NCBI GenBank assembly: GCA_964016885.1
Contig: OZ024765.1
Coordinates: 3,906,001-3,970,000 of the forward strand
DNA: 64,000 bases
From: Eledone cirrhosa
Taxonomy: Eukaryota
Direction of reading: 5' to 3'
Below the pieces are notes generated by a model that saw nothing but the letters and a program-made list of their open reading frames with translations, did not search any database and had not been told where the DNA came from. How positions within the stretch are numbered: position 1 is the stretch's first letter; each line of letters starts with the position of its first letter. Positions 13,635-26,075 of this stretch are shown piece after piece. A program made the translations under genes and the position numbers.

Positions 13635-14710
13635 ATTTTATCGACCCCGTAAGGATGAAAGGCAAAGTTAACCTCGGAGGGATTTGAACTCAGAACTCAG
13701 AATGTAAAGGGCTGTAACTATATGCTGCTAAACATGCTATTTGATGCTCTACCGATTCTGCCAATCCAATAACAACAATAATAATAATAATTGTTTCTAC
13801 TTTAGGCACAAGGCCAGCAATTACCCAGTGCATTACTGGTACTTTATTTTATCGACCCCGTAAGGATGAAAGGCAAAGTTAACCTCGGAGGGATTTGAAC
13901 TCAGAACTCAGAATGTAAAGGGCTGTAACTATATGCTGCTAAACATGCTATTTGATGCTCTACCGATTCTGCCAATCCAATAACAACAATAATAATAATA
14001 ATTGTTTCTACTTTAGGCACAAGGCCAGCAATTACCCAGTGCATTACTGGTACTTTATTTTATCGACCCCGTAAGGATGAAAGGCAAAGTCAACCTCGGC
14101 GGGATTTGAACTCAGATGGTAAAGGGACGTAACTATGCTGGAAAGCATGGCGTCCGACCCTCTACCGATACTGCCAATCCACCGCCCTTAATAATAATAA
14201 TAATAATGGTTGCTGATTTATGCACAAGGCCAGTAGTTTTTGGGGAGGGGAAAGTTGATTAAATCAACCCCAGTGCATTACTGGTACTTTATTTTATTGA
14301 CCGTGTAAGGATGAAAGGCAAAGCTAACCTCGGTGGGATTTGAGTTGAACTCAGAAAGTAAAGGGACATAACTCTATGCTGCAAAGCATTTTAACCGATG
14401 ATCTACCAATTCATGCCAATCCACTGTCCAACTGTTGGGTTATAATAATTGTTTCTACTATTAGCACAAGACCAGCAATTACCCCAGTGCATTACTGGTA
14501 CTTTATTTTATCGACCCCGTAAGGATGAAAGGCAAAGTTAACCTCGGTGGCATTTGAACTCGGACCGTAAAGGGGCGTAACTCTATGCTGCCGATCCTCC
14601 ACCGATACTGCCAAGCCAGCGCCCTACTGCCCTCAAATGATAGTAGTAACTGTTTCTACTTTTGGCACAAGGCCAGCAATTATCTCAGTGTATTACTGGT
14701 ACTTTATTAA
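13635..14710 (-). mobile_element. Five tandem copies of a second tRNA-derived SINE family (period about 211-234 bp)
   Basis: Core gcctttcatccttacggggtcgataaaataaagtaccagt with (ATT)n tails; first two units identical; dispersed copies near 28130-29060, 34890-35250, 39550-39760, 40634-40830, 50472-50660, 55945-56420. Confidence 0.85.
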
Positions 14711-14739
14711 TAACAACACAACTGGGTAGATTTCCTTAC

Positions 14740-14830
14740 CTGGGGTATCAAAGACATTCAACAAATAGGATTTGTTCCGGGTGTCCTGCATAACGAGGGT
14801 CACAGGGGTACTTTTGATGCTGACCCCTCT
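14740..14830 (-). CDS. EFTUD2: EFTUD2 coding exon 8 (RGVSIKSTP...NVFDTPG; G2/G3)
   Basis: RGxSIK and DTPG GTPase motifs; cag/gtaagg; 91 nt. Confidence 0.96.
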
Positions 14831-15224
14831 CTGAAATATCAAGACAGGGAAGTTTACATAATTATAATCATCATCATCATCATTCATACATAATGACTCT
14901 TTCCCTACTATATCAAGTGTTAAACTAATATATTTCTTCATTGTACTGTGTTGCTTGTTTTGTTGTTTTTGTCTACTTTTTGCATACACACATACAAATA
15001 TATATATATATATCATCATCATCATCACCGTTTTACGTCTGTTCTTCCACGCTAGCATGGGTTAGACAGGTTGTCCTGTTGTGGACAGTGTCCGGTCGGC
15101 TGACCTTGTCTTGCTCATACGGGACAGGAGATGTCAACATGAATGGACCTGTTATTTTTATCTAAAGACATTTTTTCCAATTCCACCCCGCCTGTCCCCT
15201 CAATCTATCTTATTTCTCATTCTT

Positions 15225-15260
15225 TCTTCTGATGAAGGACTAGCATCCGAAACGTTAAGA
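15225..15260 (+). ncRNA. Minimal hammerhead ribozyme motif
   Basis: tctt-CTGATGA-a-gga(ctagca)tcc-GAAAC-GT-T-aaga; palindromic ACGT stem III. Confidence 0.55.
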
Positions 15261-16128
15261 CACTCTTCCTGCTATATCAAGCGTTAACCTAATATATATA
15301 CCTTCCATATACTGTACCGATTGTGTTGTTATTTCTGTTTACCTTTTACATACATGCATATATCATCATCATCATTTCATCATTTCATTTTACGTCCGCT
15401 TTTTCCCTGCTTGCAAGGGTGAGACGGTAACTGATTCTGGCTTGATTTCTACAGCTGGATGCCCTTCCTAACACCAACCTCATTTACAGTGAGTGCTGGG
15501 TGCTTTTTTGCCGTGGAATGATAGAGACCCCAGTCCCTATCATCTCATTTGTACAGCTGAGTAAACTGGAGCAATGTGAAATAAAGTGTTTTGCTCAAGG
15601 AAACAACACATCACCCGGTCTGGGAATTGAACTCACAACCTTTCGATTGCAAGGCCAATGCTCTAACCACTAAGCCATGTGCCTCCATGTATATAAAAAT
15701 GTAATCTGAGTTTTTTGAATATTAATAATAACATTCGATTCGTTTGCAATTATGCAAAAAGCCTCTTTTATAAAGCCATGTCAGTAGAAAGACCCTGTCA
15801 TTCTTGCTCTTGTGTTGGCAAGTAAACAGAGCTGGAAACACTAATGTTTCTGGGTGATTACCCTTCATCAATACAGTTCACTGTTTACCTGCCAACTGTC
15901 AGAACTAGTGAAAATATATGATATTTTCTATATTTTGATACATTTGCTGATATGCAAATCTGGCTGATCAGTGGGTCTGCTAATATGCAAATCTGGCCAA
16001 TCAGTGTTTTTGCATAGCTACAGATTTCTAAATGTTTATTTATAAACATACCGTATTTCTTTAGAAATATGAAATTCCAATATATATATATACACTCCAT
16101 CAAACTAGAATTAGAAAGACCAACTCAC

Positions 16129-16164
16129 CTCAATCTCTGTCAGTAATGTATCGGTGTAACGAAG
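16129..16164 (-). CDS. EFTUD2: EFTUD2 coding exon 7 (LRYTDTLLTEIE)
   Basis: cag/gtgagt; 36 nt; YTD motif. Confidence 0.92.
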
Positions 16165-16214
16165 CTGTTGGTAACAATGGTGGATGCAATAAAGAAGAAA
16201 GAAAGGAAAAAAAT

Positions 16215-16745
16215 ATACATTTACATTTGTATTTTCACAGTAAAGGTTTTATCTCACATAACATTTACATTACTCTATATATACTATTGTATTTTCACAG
16301 TAAAGGTTTTATCTCACATAACATTTACATTACTCTATATATACTATTGTATTTCCACAGTAAAGGCTTTACCTCACATAACATTTACATTACTCTATAT
16401 ATACTATTGTATTTCCACAGTAAAGGCTTTACCTCACATAATATCTCACATAACATTTTCATTACTCTATATATACTATTGTATTTTCACAGTAAAGGCT
16501 TTACCTCACATAATATCTCACATAACATTTACATTACTCTATATATACTATTGTATTTCCACAGTAAAGGCTTTACCTCACATAATATCTCACATAACAT
16601 TTTCATTACTCTATATATACTATTGTATTTTCACAGTAAAGGCTTTACCTCACATAATATCTCACATAACATTTTCATTACACTATATATACTATTGTAT
16701 TTTCACAGTAAAGGCTTTACCTCACATAATATCTCACATAATAAC
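16215..16745 (+). repeat. 60/72-bp MITE-internal array without flanking body
   Basis: Same unit, about 8 copies. Confidence 0.8.
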
Positions 16746-16837
16746 TCATCACCCCACCCAACAGTTGAAATTGCCCACCGGTGGGGCGATATTGCCCTGG
16801 TTGGACAACCCAGGTGTAGTGTATAGAAGCAACTTAC

Positions 16838-16903
16838 ATCATTATCATCAAAGCGCTGGAGACCAGGATGGGTTTGTTCCATTAAACAGTCAATGAAAGA
16901 TGT
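16838..16903 (-). CDS. EFTUD2: EFTUD2 coding exon 6 (TSFIDCLMEQTHPGLQRFDDND)
   Basis: cag/gtaagt; 66 nt. Confidence 0.94.
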
Positions 16904-17816
16904 CTGTGAAGAGAAGAGTTTTGATTAGAAACAACATTATTACACCCAGTACACTCTGTAAAGTGGTAGTGGTGTTGCCATGATAAAACACACCCAGTAC
17001 ACTCTGTAAAGTGGTAGTGGTGGTGTCATGATAAAATACACCCAGTACACTCTTACATACAGCGTTTCTTGGGCATTATCCCTCTCCAGGTCTGAGTACA
17101 GCAGATTTCTTCCAGAGAAGCATAGCAAGTGAGAGAGAGATATAGAGGAAGAATCGACCCCAGTACATTACTGGTATTTTTTTTTTTATCGACCCCTTAA
17201 AGATGAAAGCCAAAGTTGACCTCGGTGGGATTTGAACTCCGAGAGAGTAGAGGGTCGGACGCCATGTTTGGCGCATAGAGTTACGGCCCTTGCCATTCTG
17301 AGTTCAAATCCCGCAGAGGTTAACTTTGCCTTTCATCCTTACGGGGGTCGATAAAATAAAGTACCAGTAATGCACTGGGACAAATACCATAAAACATTCT
17401 ATCTGACGTTCTAACGACTCTGCCAATTTGCGACCTATACATCTATATATACACCCACACATATATATACATCTATATATACACCCACACATATATATAC
17501 ATCTATATATACACCCACACATATACATCTATATACACCCACACATATACATACATCTATATATATACCCACACATATACATACATCTATATATATACCC
17601 ACACATATACATCTATATATACCACACATATACATACATCTATATATATATACCCACACATATACATATATCTATATATATACCCACAAATATACATCTA
17701 TATATATATATATATATACCCACACATATACATCTATATATACACCTATTCAGCCCCAACATAACATACATAGCTAGAAGAATAGCAACAATAAAACCTT
17801 AGATAGAGGGCCTTAC

Positions 17817-17892
17817 CTTGCCATGATGGAGATGACCACAAAGGGTCACATTTCTTATCAGGTCAGGTGTGTCCATCAGGTCAGCTAAAAAC
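17817..17892 (-). CDS. EFTUD2: EFTUD2 coding exon 5 ([25 protein letters not shown]; G1/P-loop)
   Basis: Snu114 P-loop GHLHHGK; tag/gtaagg; 76 nt. Confidence 0.96.
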
Positions 17893-18344
17893 CTAACAAC
17901 GACAAATATATATATCATCATCATCATCATCATCATCATTTAACGTCCACTTTTCCCTGCTTGCAAAGGTGGGACGGGAACTGATTCTGGCTTGATTTCT
18001 ACAGCTGGATGCCCTTCCTAACATCAACCTCATTTACAGTGTGGGCTGGGTGCTTTTTTGCAGTGGCACCTCCACAACCACTTTACAGTGGAATGATAGG
18101 GACCCCAGTCCCTATCATCTCATTTCTACAGCTGAGTAAACTGGAGTAATGTGAAATAAAGTGTCTTGCTCAAGGAAACAACACATCACCCTGTCTCAGA
18201 ACTGAACTCACAACTTTGCGATTGCAAGGCCAATGCTCTAACCACTAAGCCATGTGCCTTCATATATGTGTGTGTATATATATATATATAGAGAGAGAGG
18301 CATGTAGATAAACATAGATAGATAGGCAGGCAAATAGATAGAGA

Positions 18345-18768
18345 GAGACTGGGCATAAGAGAAATCAAATGCTGTGTGCAAGAAGACCTGGGATGAGGTG
18401 ATAAAAGCCGACCGTACCCAATTACACCTCTCAAAGGCGATGACACACAACCGTGACCTCTGGCGTCACGCTGTAATACAGAGTACCCGACCTCCCATGG
18501 GTTGAAGCTGAAGCATATAGACAATATGCGCCCACACCCTCCCACTGCAAGGTGGTCGTGGAGGTGCCACGGCAAAAAAGCACCCAGCACTCACTGTAAA
18601 TGAGGTTGGTGTTAGGAAGGGCATCCAGCTGTAGAAATCAAGCCAGAATCAGTTCCTGTATGAGCAAGGCATGGTCAGCCGACCAGACACTGCCCACAAC
18701 AGGACAACCCGTCTAACCCATGATAGCGTGGAAGAACGGACGTAAAACGGTGATGATGATGATGATGA
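18345..18768 (+). mobile_element. RTE LINE 3' end with SINE-like 3' UTR
   Basis: KKTWDEVIKADRTQLHLSKAMTHNRDLWRHAVIQSTRPPMG* (stop 18503-05), then the block shared with SINEs. Confidence 0.75.
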
Positions 18769-18940
18769 CAGACAAGTAGCCAAATAGGTAGGCAGACAGA
18801 TAGGTAGGAAAAATTGGAGGGGAGTGCTGAGTTGCAAGAATAGAGGCAGAGGAAGAAGATATATAGTTAGGAAAAAGAGAGAGAGAGAGAGAGACATGAA
18901 AAAGAAAATTGGAGAGAAAAATATTGTGAACGTGACTCAC

Positions 18941-19019
18941 TCCATATTGTAAACAGTTTCCACTAAATCTTGTTCTGCTACAGAGAATTTCTTCCTTTTG
19001 ATAGGAGCAATGATTGGTT
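18941..19019 (-). CDS. EFTUD2: EFTUD2 coding exon 4 (EPIIAPIKRKKFSVAEQDLVETVYNME)
   Basis: cag/gtgagt; 79 nt; phases fit neighbouring exons. Confidence 0.93.
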
Positions 19020-19062
19020 CTGAAAAATAGATCAATAAAGTTGTATTTGATCGGAGCAAATA

Positions 19063-19735
19063 TACATTACTCTATATATACTATTGTATTTTCACAGTAA
19101 AGGCTTTACCTCACATAACATTTACATTACTCTATATATACTATTGTATTTTCACAGTAAAGGCTTTACCTCACATAATATCTCACATAACATTTACATT
19201 ACTCTATATATACTATTGTATTTTCACAGTAAAGGCTTTACCTCACATAATATCTCACATAACATTTACATTACTCTATATATACTATTGTATTTTCACA
19301 GTAAAGGCTTTACCTCACATAATATCTCACATAACATTTACATTACTCTATATATACTATTGTATTTTCACAGTAAAGGCTTTACCTCACATAATATCTC
19401 ACATAACATTTAGATTACTCTATATATACTATTGTATTTTCACAGTAAAGGCTTTACCTCAAATAATATCTCACATAACATTTACATTACTTTATATATA
19501 CTATTGTATTTTCACAGTAAAGGCTTTACCTCACATAACATTTACATTACTCTATATATACTATTGTATTTTCACAGTAAAGGCTTTACCTCACATAATA
19601 TCGAATCTGTGGGATTTTGACATTTATTTTGAGAATAATACTGTAACATCAATATGAGTGGTCAGTTATGGTCGGTTTGAACAGAAAGAGGTGAGAGAAT
19701 TCTGGCTGGATATGGCCAGTTTAAATGCTAAAGGG
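19063..19735 (+). mobile_element. MITE copy with internal array and right TIR
   Basis: Array, then body, then TAAATGCTAAAGGG ending at 19735. Confidence 0.8.
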
Positions 19736-19866
19736 CTGACATACTGTTAATTTACTAAATCACTTTAAATTGTTGATTATTTACAAAATTAATTGAAAAA
19801 CATATGTGGAATATTTCAGTAGAAATATACCATAAAAAAGGGGTTAAATTAAAGCCTGAAACATAC

Positions 19867-19903
19867 CTGTGAGTGGTTGTGTATCTTCTTCTTGAACTAT
19901 GGT
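19867..19903 (-). CDS. EFTUD2: EFTUD2 coding exon 3 (TIVQEEDTQPLT)
   Basis: Matches the conserved TIVQEEDTQPLT; tag/gtatgt; 37 nt, ends in phase 1. Confidence 0.93.
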
Positions 19904-20009
19904 CTAAGGAAAGATAAAAATAAAGACTGTTTAACTCCCAGCAGAAAATACAGAAGAGAGACATATTAGTATACTGTAGTAAATATAACTATAGAAATAT
20001 ATAGGTACA

Positions 20010-20720
20010 GCAATGAACTGGACTCCACCTGGGGGAATACAGAGGCAGGGTTGGCCCAGGATCACCTAGCAAGGAACTGGACTCCACCTGAGGGAAAACA
20101 GAGGCAGGCGTGCTCCAGGATCACCTGGCGAGGAACTGGACTCCACCTGGGGGAAAACAGAGACAGAGTTGCCCCAGGATCACCTGGCGAGGAACTGGAC
20201 TCCACCTGGGGGAAAACAGAGACAGAGTTGCCCCAGGATCACCTGGCGAGGAACTGGACTCCACCTGGGGGGAAACAGAGTCGGAGTTGCCCCAGGATCA
20301 CCTAGCAAGGAACTGAACTACACCTGAGGGAAAACAAAGGTGGGGTTGCCCCAGGATCACCTGGCGAGGAACTGGACTCCACCTGGGGGAAAACAAAGGT
20401 GGGGTTGCCCCAGGATCACCTGGCGAGGAACTGGACTCCACCTGGGGGAAAACAAAGGTGGGGTTGCCCCAGGATCACCTGGCGAGGAACTGGACTCCAC
20501 CTGGGGGAAAACAAAGGTGGGGTTGTCCCAGGATCACCTGGCGAGGAACTGGATTACACCTGAGGGAAAACAAAGGTGGGGTTGCCCCAGGATCACCTAG
20601 CAAGGAACTGGACTACACCTGAAGGAAAACAAAGGCGGGGTTGCCCCAGGATCACCTAGCAATGAACTGGACTCCACCTGGGGGCAAACAAAGGCGGGGT
20701 TGCCCCAGGATCACCTAGCC
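20010..20720. repeat. 59-bp minisatellite, about 12 copies
   Basis: Unit aggaactggactccacctgggggaaaacagagacagagttgccccaggatcacctggcg. Confidence 0.93.
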
Positions 20721-22260
20721 ACGAATGTTCTGAAAAGACCTGATGGCAAGAACTTACTGCTCGATGCGTCAAACCTAAGACAAAGACATATTTGCTTTCT
20801 CTCTCTCTGTATATGTATGTATATATTATCATCATCATCATCATCAGTGTCCAATATTCATTTTCCATGCTTGCATGGGTTAGACAGGTCGTCCACGTCA
20901 TGAGACAAATCTGGCCACAAATGGCCGTGCTGTACCTTGCGCAGATGGAACTGTAAAATTTGGCTGGGATTTTTACAGCTGGATGTCCTTAACACCAACC
21001 ACATTTACAATGTGGAACTGGATGGTACCAATATGTGGATATAAATTTATCATCATCATCAACGTTTAATGTTTATCTTCCACGCTAGCATGGGTTTAGA
21101 CGGAAATTGTCCTACTTGAGGCAAGATTGGTCGGGTGACCATGTCTCGCTCGTATAGGACTATCTGGCAGGTTTTCTATGGCTGGATGCCCTTCCTAACA
21201 CCGACCACGTTTACAGTGTGGACTGGGAGGTTTTTACCGTGTTACCTACAAGGCTACATTACAGCGTGGACGGTATGTATTTTTGTCGTGACACCTACAC
21301 GACCTCATATATATATATATATATATATATATCATCACCATTTAGCATCCATTTTTCTTGCTAGCATGGGTTAGACGAGTTGTCCCATTGTGAGAGAAGC
21401 CAGGTCAGATGACCATGTCTTGCTCATACAGAACTGATCTGGGCTTGGTTTCTATGGCTGGGGAGCCTTCCTAACACCAACCATATTTAGGGTGTTGGAC
21501 TTATGATCATAATGCCATGGGCTCAATTGCTGGACCGGGTTGTGTGTTGTGTTCTTGAGCAAAGCACTTCATTTCATGTTGCTCCAGTATACTCAGCTGA
21601 AAATGAGTACCAGCAGGGCTACTGATCTCCCAGACAGGCCAGGGATCTGCATCTTGCTTACATACTGACTCACATTTTATCAAGTGCACAAGAGAGGTTG
21701 TCATGTTTTTGACACAACCTAAGAGTTCTCCCAACACTTTGTACCATCATCATCATAGTTACATCCCTTTACGGTGTGAGTTCAAATCCCGTCGAGGTTA
21801 ACTTCGCCTTTCATCCTTACAGGGTCGATAAAATGAAGTACCAGTAATGTACTGGGTAATTGCTGGCCTTGTGCCAAGAGTAGAAACAATTATCATCACC
21901 ATCATCACTGTTTTACGTCCATTCTTTCACGCTAGCATGGGTTTGATGGGTTGTCCTGTTGTGGGCAGTGTCTGGTCGGCTGACCTTGTGCTCATATGGG
22001 AACTGATTCTGGCTTGATTTCTACAGCTGGATGCCCTTCCTGACACCAACCTCATTTACAGTGTGGTCTGGGTGCTTTTTTTTTCTGTGGCCCCTACATG
22101 TCCACTTTACAGTGAGCGCTGCGTGCTTTTTTACCGTGGCGCCTACAGGTCCACTTTACAGTGTGGGCTGGGTGCTTTTTTGCCGTGGCACCTCCACGAC
22201 CACTTTGCAGAGGGAGGGGGTGAGGGCATATTGTCTAGTAAGTATAAAATGAAAACTCAC

Positions 22261-22377
22261 CTCTACTTCCGGCCCATAAACCTCCTCAGCTGTAGGATAA
22301 TATTTCTTCTCTTCATGTAAAATAACTTGCATGTCTGGATGATCATCAAGTTCATCATGATCGGCATCGTCATCATT
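22261..22377 (-). CDS. EFTUD2: EFTUD2 coding exon 2 (NDDDAD...[22 protein letters not shown])
   Basis: Conserved [20 protein letters not shown]; cag/gtgagt; 117 nt. Confidence 0.95.
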
Positions 22378-22454
22378 CTGATAAGGGGAAGCGCCACACA
22401 TGGAGGAAAAGAAAGCAAAAAATGAGAGAATGAGAATGAGGTTAAAAATTACTC

Positions 22455-22712
22455 CAGTGAACATGAAGCATTGCGAGGCCATTATCATCAACGAGAAGAA
22501 ACCACAGATTAACAACAGGTTGGAAATGCATGAAACAGATTTGTTACTATAATGGCTCCACTCATGCATACATCGGCAGTACGATCCGGATGTTGCATAT
22601 ACGGATCAATGAGTGCATGATGACGACAGTTTCTGTTAAAAGACATCTTGACAGATGCTGCTGCCAAGACATTGAGGTCACCATAGAGGTGATGGAAAAG
22701 AACGTAGGTAAT
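22455..22712 (+). mobile_element. Penelope-like element remnant (GIY-YIG endonuclease fragments)
   Basis: Translations [16 protein letters not shown]...SVKRHL and [15 protein letters not shown] match GIY-YIG motifs of Penelope-like elements. Confidence 0.65.
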
Positions 22713-22716
22713 TTAA

Positions 22717-23250
22717 CCCTTTAGCATTTACATTACTCTATATATACTACTGTATTTTCACAGTAAAGGCTTTACCTCACATAACATTTACATTACTCTA
22801 TATATACTATTGTATTTTCACAGTAAAGGCTTTACCTCCCATAATATCTCACATAACATTCACATTACTCTATATATACTACTGTATTTTCACAGTAAAG
22901 GCTTTACCTCACATAACATTTACATTACTCTATATATACTATTGTATTTTCACAGTAAAGGCTTTACCTCCCATAATATCTCACATAACATTCACATTAC
23001 TCTATATATACTATTGTATTTTCACAGTAAAGGCTTTACCTCACATAACATTTACATTACTCTATATATACTATTGTATTTTCACAGTAAAGGCTTTATT
23101 TCACATAATTATCTGACATAGTATCGAACCTATGAGATTTTGATATTATTTATTTTGAGAACAATACCTTAATATCAGTTTGAGTGGCTGGTTACAGCCG
23201 GTTTGAATAGAAAGAGGTGACAGAGTTCTGGCCAGATATGGCTGGTTTAA
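22717..23250 (+). mobile_element. MITE copy with left TTAA+TIR and internal array
   Basis: TTAA at 22713-16, then CCCTTTAGCATTTA, about 6 units, then body. Confidence 0.8.
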
Positions 23251-23941
23251 ATATCAATGAAGACACTGTCATTAACCAGGAACGACCAAAAATAAATAAT
23301 AGATTAGAAATGTACTAGGCAGACTGGTTGCTATAATGATTTAAAGCATGCATGTTTCAGACACGTAGACCAGTTAACCCTTTAAGGTTCAAACCGGCCA
23401 GAATTCTCTACCTCTTTCTGTTGAAACTAGCTGTAACTGGTCTCTCAAACTGATGTTAAGGTATTGTTCTCAAAATAAATACTTTCAAAATCTCGTAGAT
23501 TCGATATTATGTGAGATATTTATGTAAGATAAAGCCTTTACCATGAAAATATAATAGTATATATAGAATAATGTAAATGTTATGTGAGATATTATGTGAG
23601 GTAAAGCCTTTACCATGAAAATATAATAGTATATATAGAATAATGTAAATGTTATGTGAGATATTATGTGAGGTAAAGCCTTTACTGTGAAAATACAAAG
23701 GGTAGTGCTTTTGTCGTGGTACAAGCACTACCCCTTTACAGAGTGGACTGGGTGCTTTTGTCGTGGCACAAGCACTACCAGATTATAGAGTGGACTGGGT
23801 GCTTTTGTCGTGACACAAGCACTAGCACTTTACAGAGTGGACTGGGTGCTTTTGTCGTGGCACAGCACTACCAGATTATAGAGTCGACTTGATATCGAAC
23901 CTGAAACTGTCCTAGACACAACCAGAGTGAAGTATACTCAC

Positions 23942-24052
23942 ATCTCCATCGATGTCATCTAAATCTTCATCTTCTTCCTCTTCTTCTTCGCCATCACTCT
24001 CCAGGTCAGGACCAACATAGTTTCCAAACTCATCATAAAGATCAGCATCCAT
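23942..24052 (-). CDS. EFTUD2: EFTUD2 coding exon 1 ([20 protein letters not shown]...DDIDGD)
   Basis: ATG at 24052; matches the conserved Snu114 N-terminus [15 protein letters not shown]; acceptor ttttataacag just upstream; donor gtgagt; 111 nt, phase 0. Confidence 0.95.
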
Positions 24053-24244
24053 GTTTCACTGTTATAAAAAAAAAACACCTTAATAAAAAGAAATATGAAA
24101 TTACTATATTATCATATCATACACACTGTAAAGTGGCTGGTGATAGGAAGGGTAGCCAGCCGTGGAAACCCTGCCAAACAAAGAGTTTGAAGGATCCCTT
24201 AGTCATGTCAAGAGCATGACAACTCTAGTGTTGATGATAAACTA

Positions 24245-24865
24245 CTACTTTGACGCTAAACTCCGCCAGTTGCAGACTGCACATCAACATGAGATATTTT
24301 TCTCCACAAAGTTTGATCACCAACAGCAGAGATCAAGTCCTGTCTATAGGTTGACATTATCAAGCCATAGGCTTGGCTGCCGGCCTCTGCTTCTCTTACC
24401 AGCCAACCTTTCTTCCAGGAATATATAATACCTTTCGATCACCAACAGCAGAGTTTAAAGAGCAGAGATCAAGTCCTGTCTATAGGTTGACATTATCAAG
24501 CCATAGACTTGGCTGCCGGCCTCTGCTTCTCTTACCAGCCAACCTTCCTTCCAGGCATAACCCACTCACACCATGAGTTGATCTTTTTATATGACTGTAT
24601 AATTTAAGTACTCATGACTTGACAATTGATGTAATTGGTCTAAGTCTGGTAATGTTGAGCAGCTCACTGATACAGATACGGTCGCTGAGCCACTTGCAAG
24701 TCATAAGTCTCATGATGTGGTTTTGGAATGTAGAGAGCTTCTGAAGTGACCTTGTCCTCGTCCAATTAACACAGTCAAGACCATATAACACAACTGGTAG
24801 GATGTAAGGATCGAAGATCTTAGCCTTCAAATGATAAGAAACTTGTTTTGAAAAAGTCACCTCAA
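24245..24865 (-). mobile_element. LINE (RTE-like) 3' fragment with internal duplication
   Basis: ILPVVLYGLDC..W and LEGRLAGKRSRGRQP..WLDNV; related copies at 34230-34700 and 38425-38625. Confidence 0.75.
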
Positions 24866-25970
24866 AGATTAACATTTACATTACTCTATATATACTATTG
24901 TATTTTTGTGGTTAAAGGCTTTACCTCACATCTCGAATTTACGAGATTTTGATATTACTTATTTTGAGAACAATACTTTAACATCAGTATGAGTGGCCAA
25001 TCTGAACAGAAAGTGTGAGAATTTTGGCCAGTTTAAATGTTAAAGGATTAAACCCTTTCATCACCATCATTATCATTTAATATCAAAGGGTTAGGTTCTC
25101 CTACAAAGTGATTGGTGATAGGAAGGGCTGGTTTTTTGTCACGGCACCATCACTACCACTTTACAGAGTGGACTGGGTGCTTTTTGCATGGCACCAGCAC
25201 TACCACTTTACAGGGTGGACTGGGTGCTTTTTGTCATGGCACCATCACTACCACTTTACAGAGTGGACTGGGTGCCTTTTGTCATGGCACCATCACTACC
25301 ACTTTACAGAGTGGACTGGGTGCCTTTTGTCATGACACCATCACTACCACTTTATAGAGTGGACTAGGTGCTTTTTGCTTGACACCAGCACAACCACTTT
25401 ACATATGATGTCCCAGTTTGATATAAAAACAGCGACAATCAATTACAAAGTGTAAACAAATTGGCGTATGGGTGATGCAGGATGCACCACAACGTGTGGA
25501 GGAGGTGAGACAAGAGTTTCTGGCAGTAATTTCTTCCAACGCTGCCAGGGTGTAAAACCTGAAGTTTGCTCTCATTAACATCATTTTCAAATTGTGGCCA
25601 CGTTGGGAATCACTGATTTAGATGTAAGACGAAGGATCACCTCCACAAATCAACCTTACCCTCTCTCAACGATAGGGGAGAACCTTACCCTCCTTCAACG
25701 ATCGGGGAGAACCTTAGCAGCTATTTCTAGCAGGTTCCCTCGTTGGTCCCAAACCCATGTGTTTATCAAGGCAATGCATAATATTTACCGGTGTCAAACG
25801 AAACAAAGGATAGATTCATATATTTTAGCTATTATTATTTTTTGATGATGTTTAGATGGCACAAATAAACGAAAACTAGGAAGGAAATTAACTATAAATT
25901 ACATATTTTCCCTAAAAACATATTATATATATATATATATATTTATATACAAGAAGTAAGACCAACAAAC

Positions 25971-26075
25971 CTTATACACGGTTATAGATTCGGCGTGAAG
26001 TGAAAACGACTAAGTCCACGGTTCGATAGACAGTTCTAACCGATAATGGCGGCACAGGACGGAACAAACTTCCTT
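25971..26075 (-). promoter_or_regulatory. Probable non-coding first exon / core promoter of EFTUD2
   Basis: CpG-containing patch in AT-rich DNA; candidate donor AG|gtttgt at 25971/25970; YY1-like ATAATGGCGGC near 26044-26054; the ATG exon has an acceptor 6 nt upstream of ATG, so an upstream exon is needed. Confidence 0.5.
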
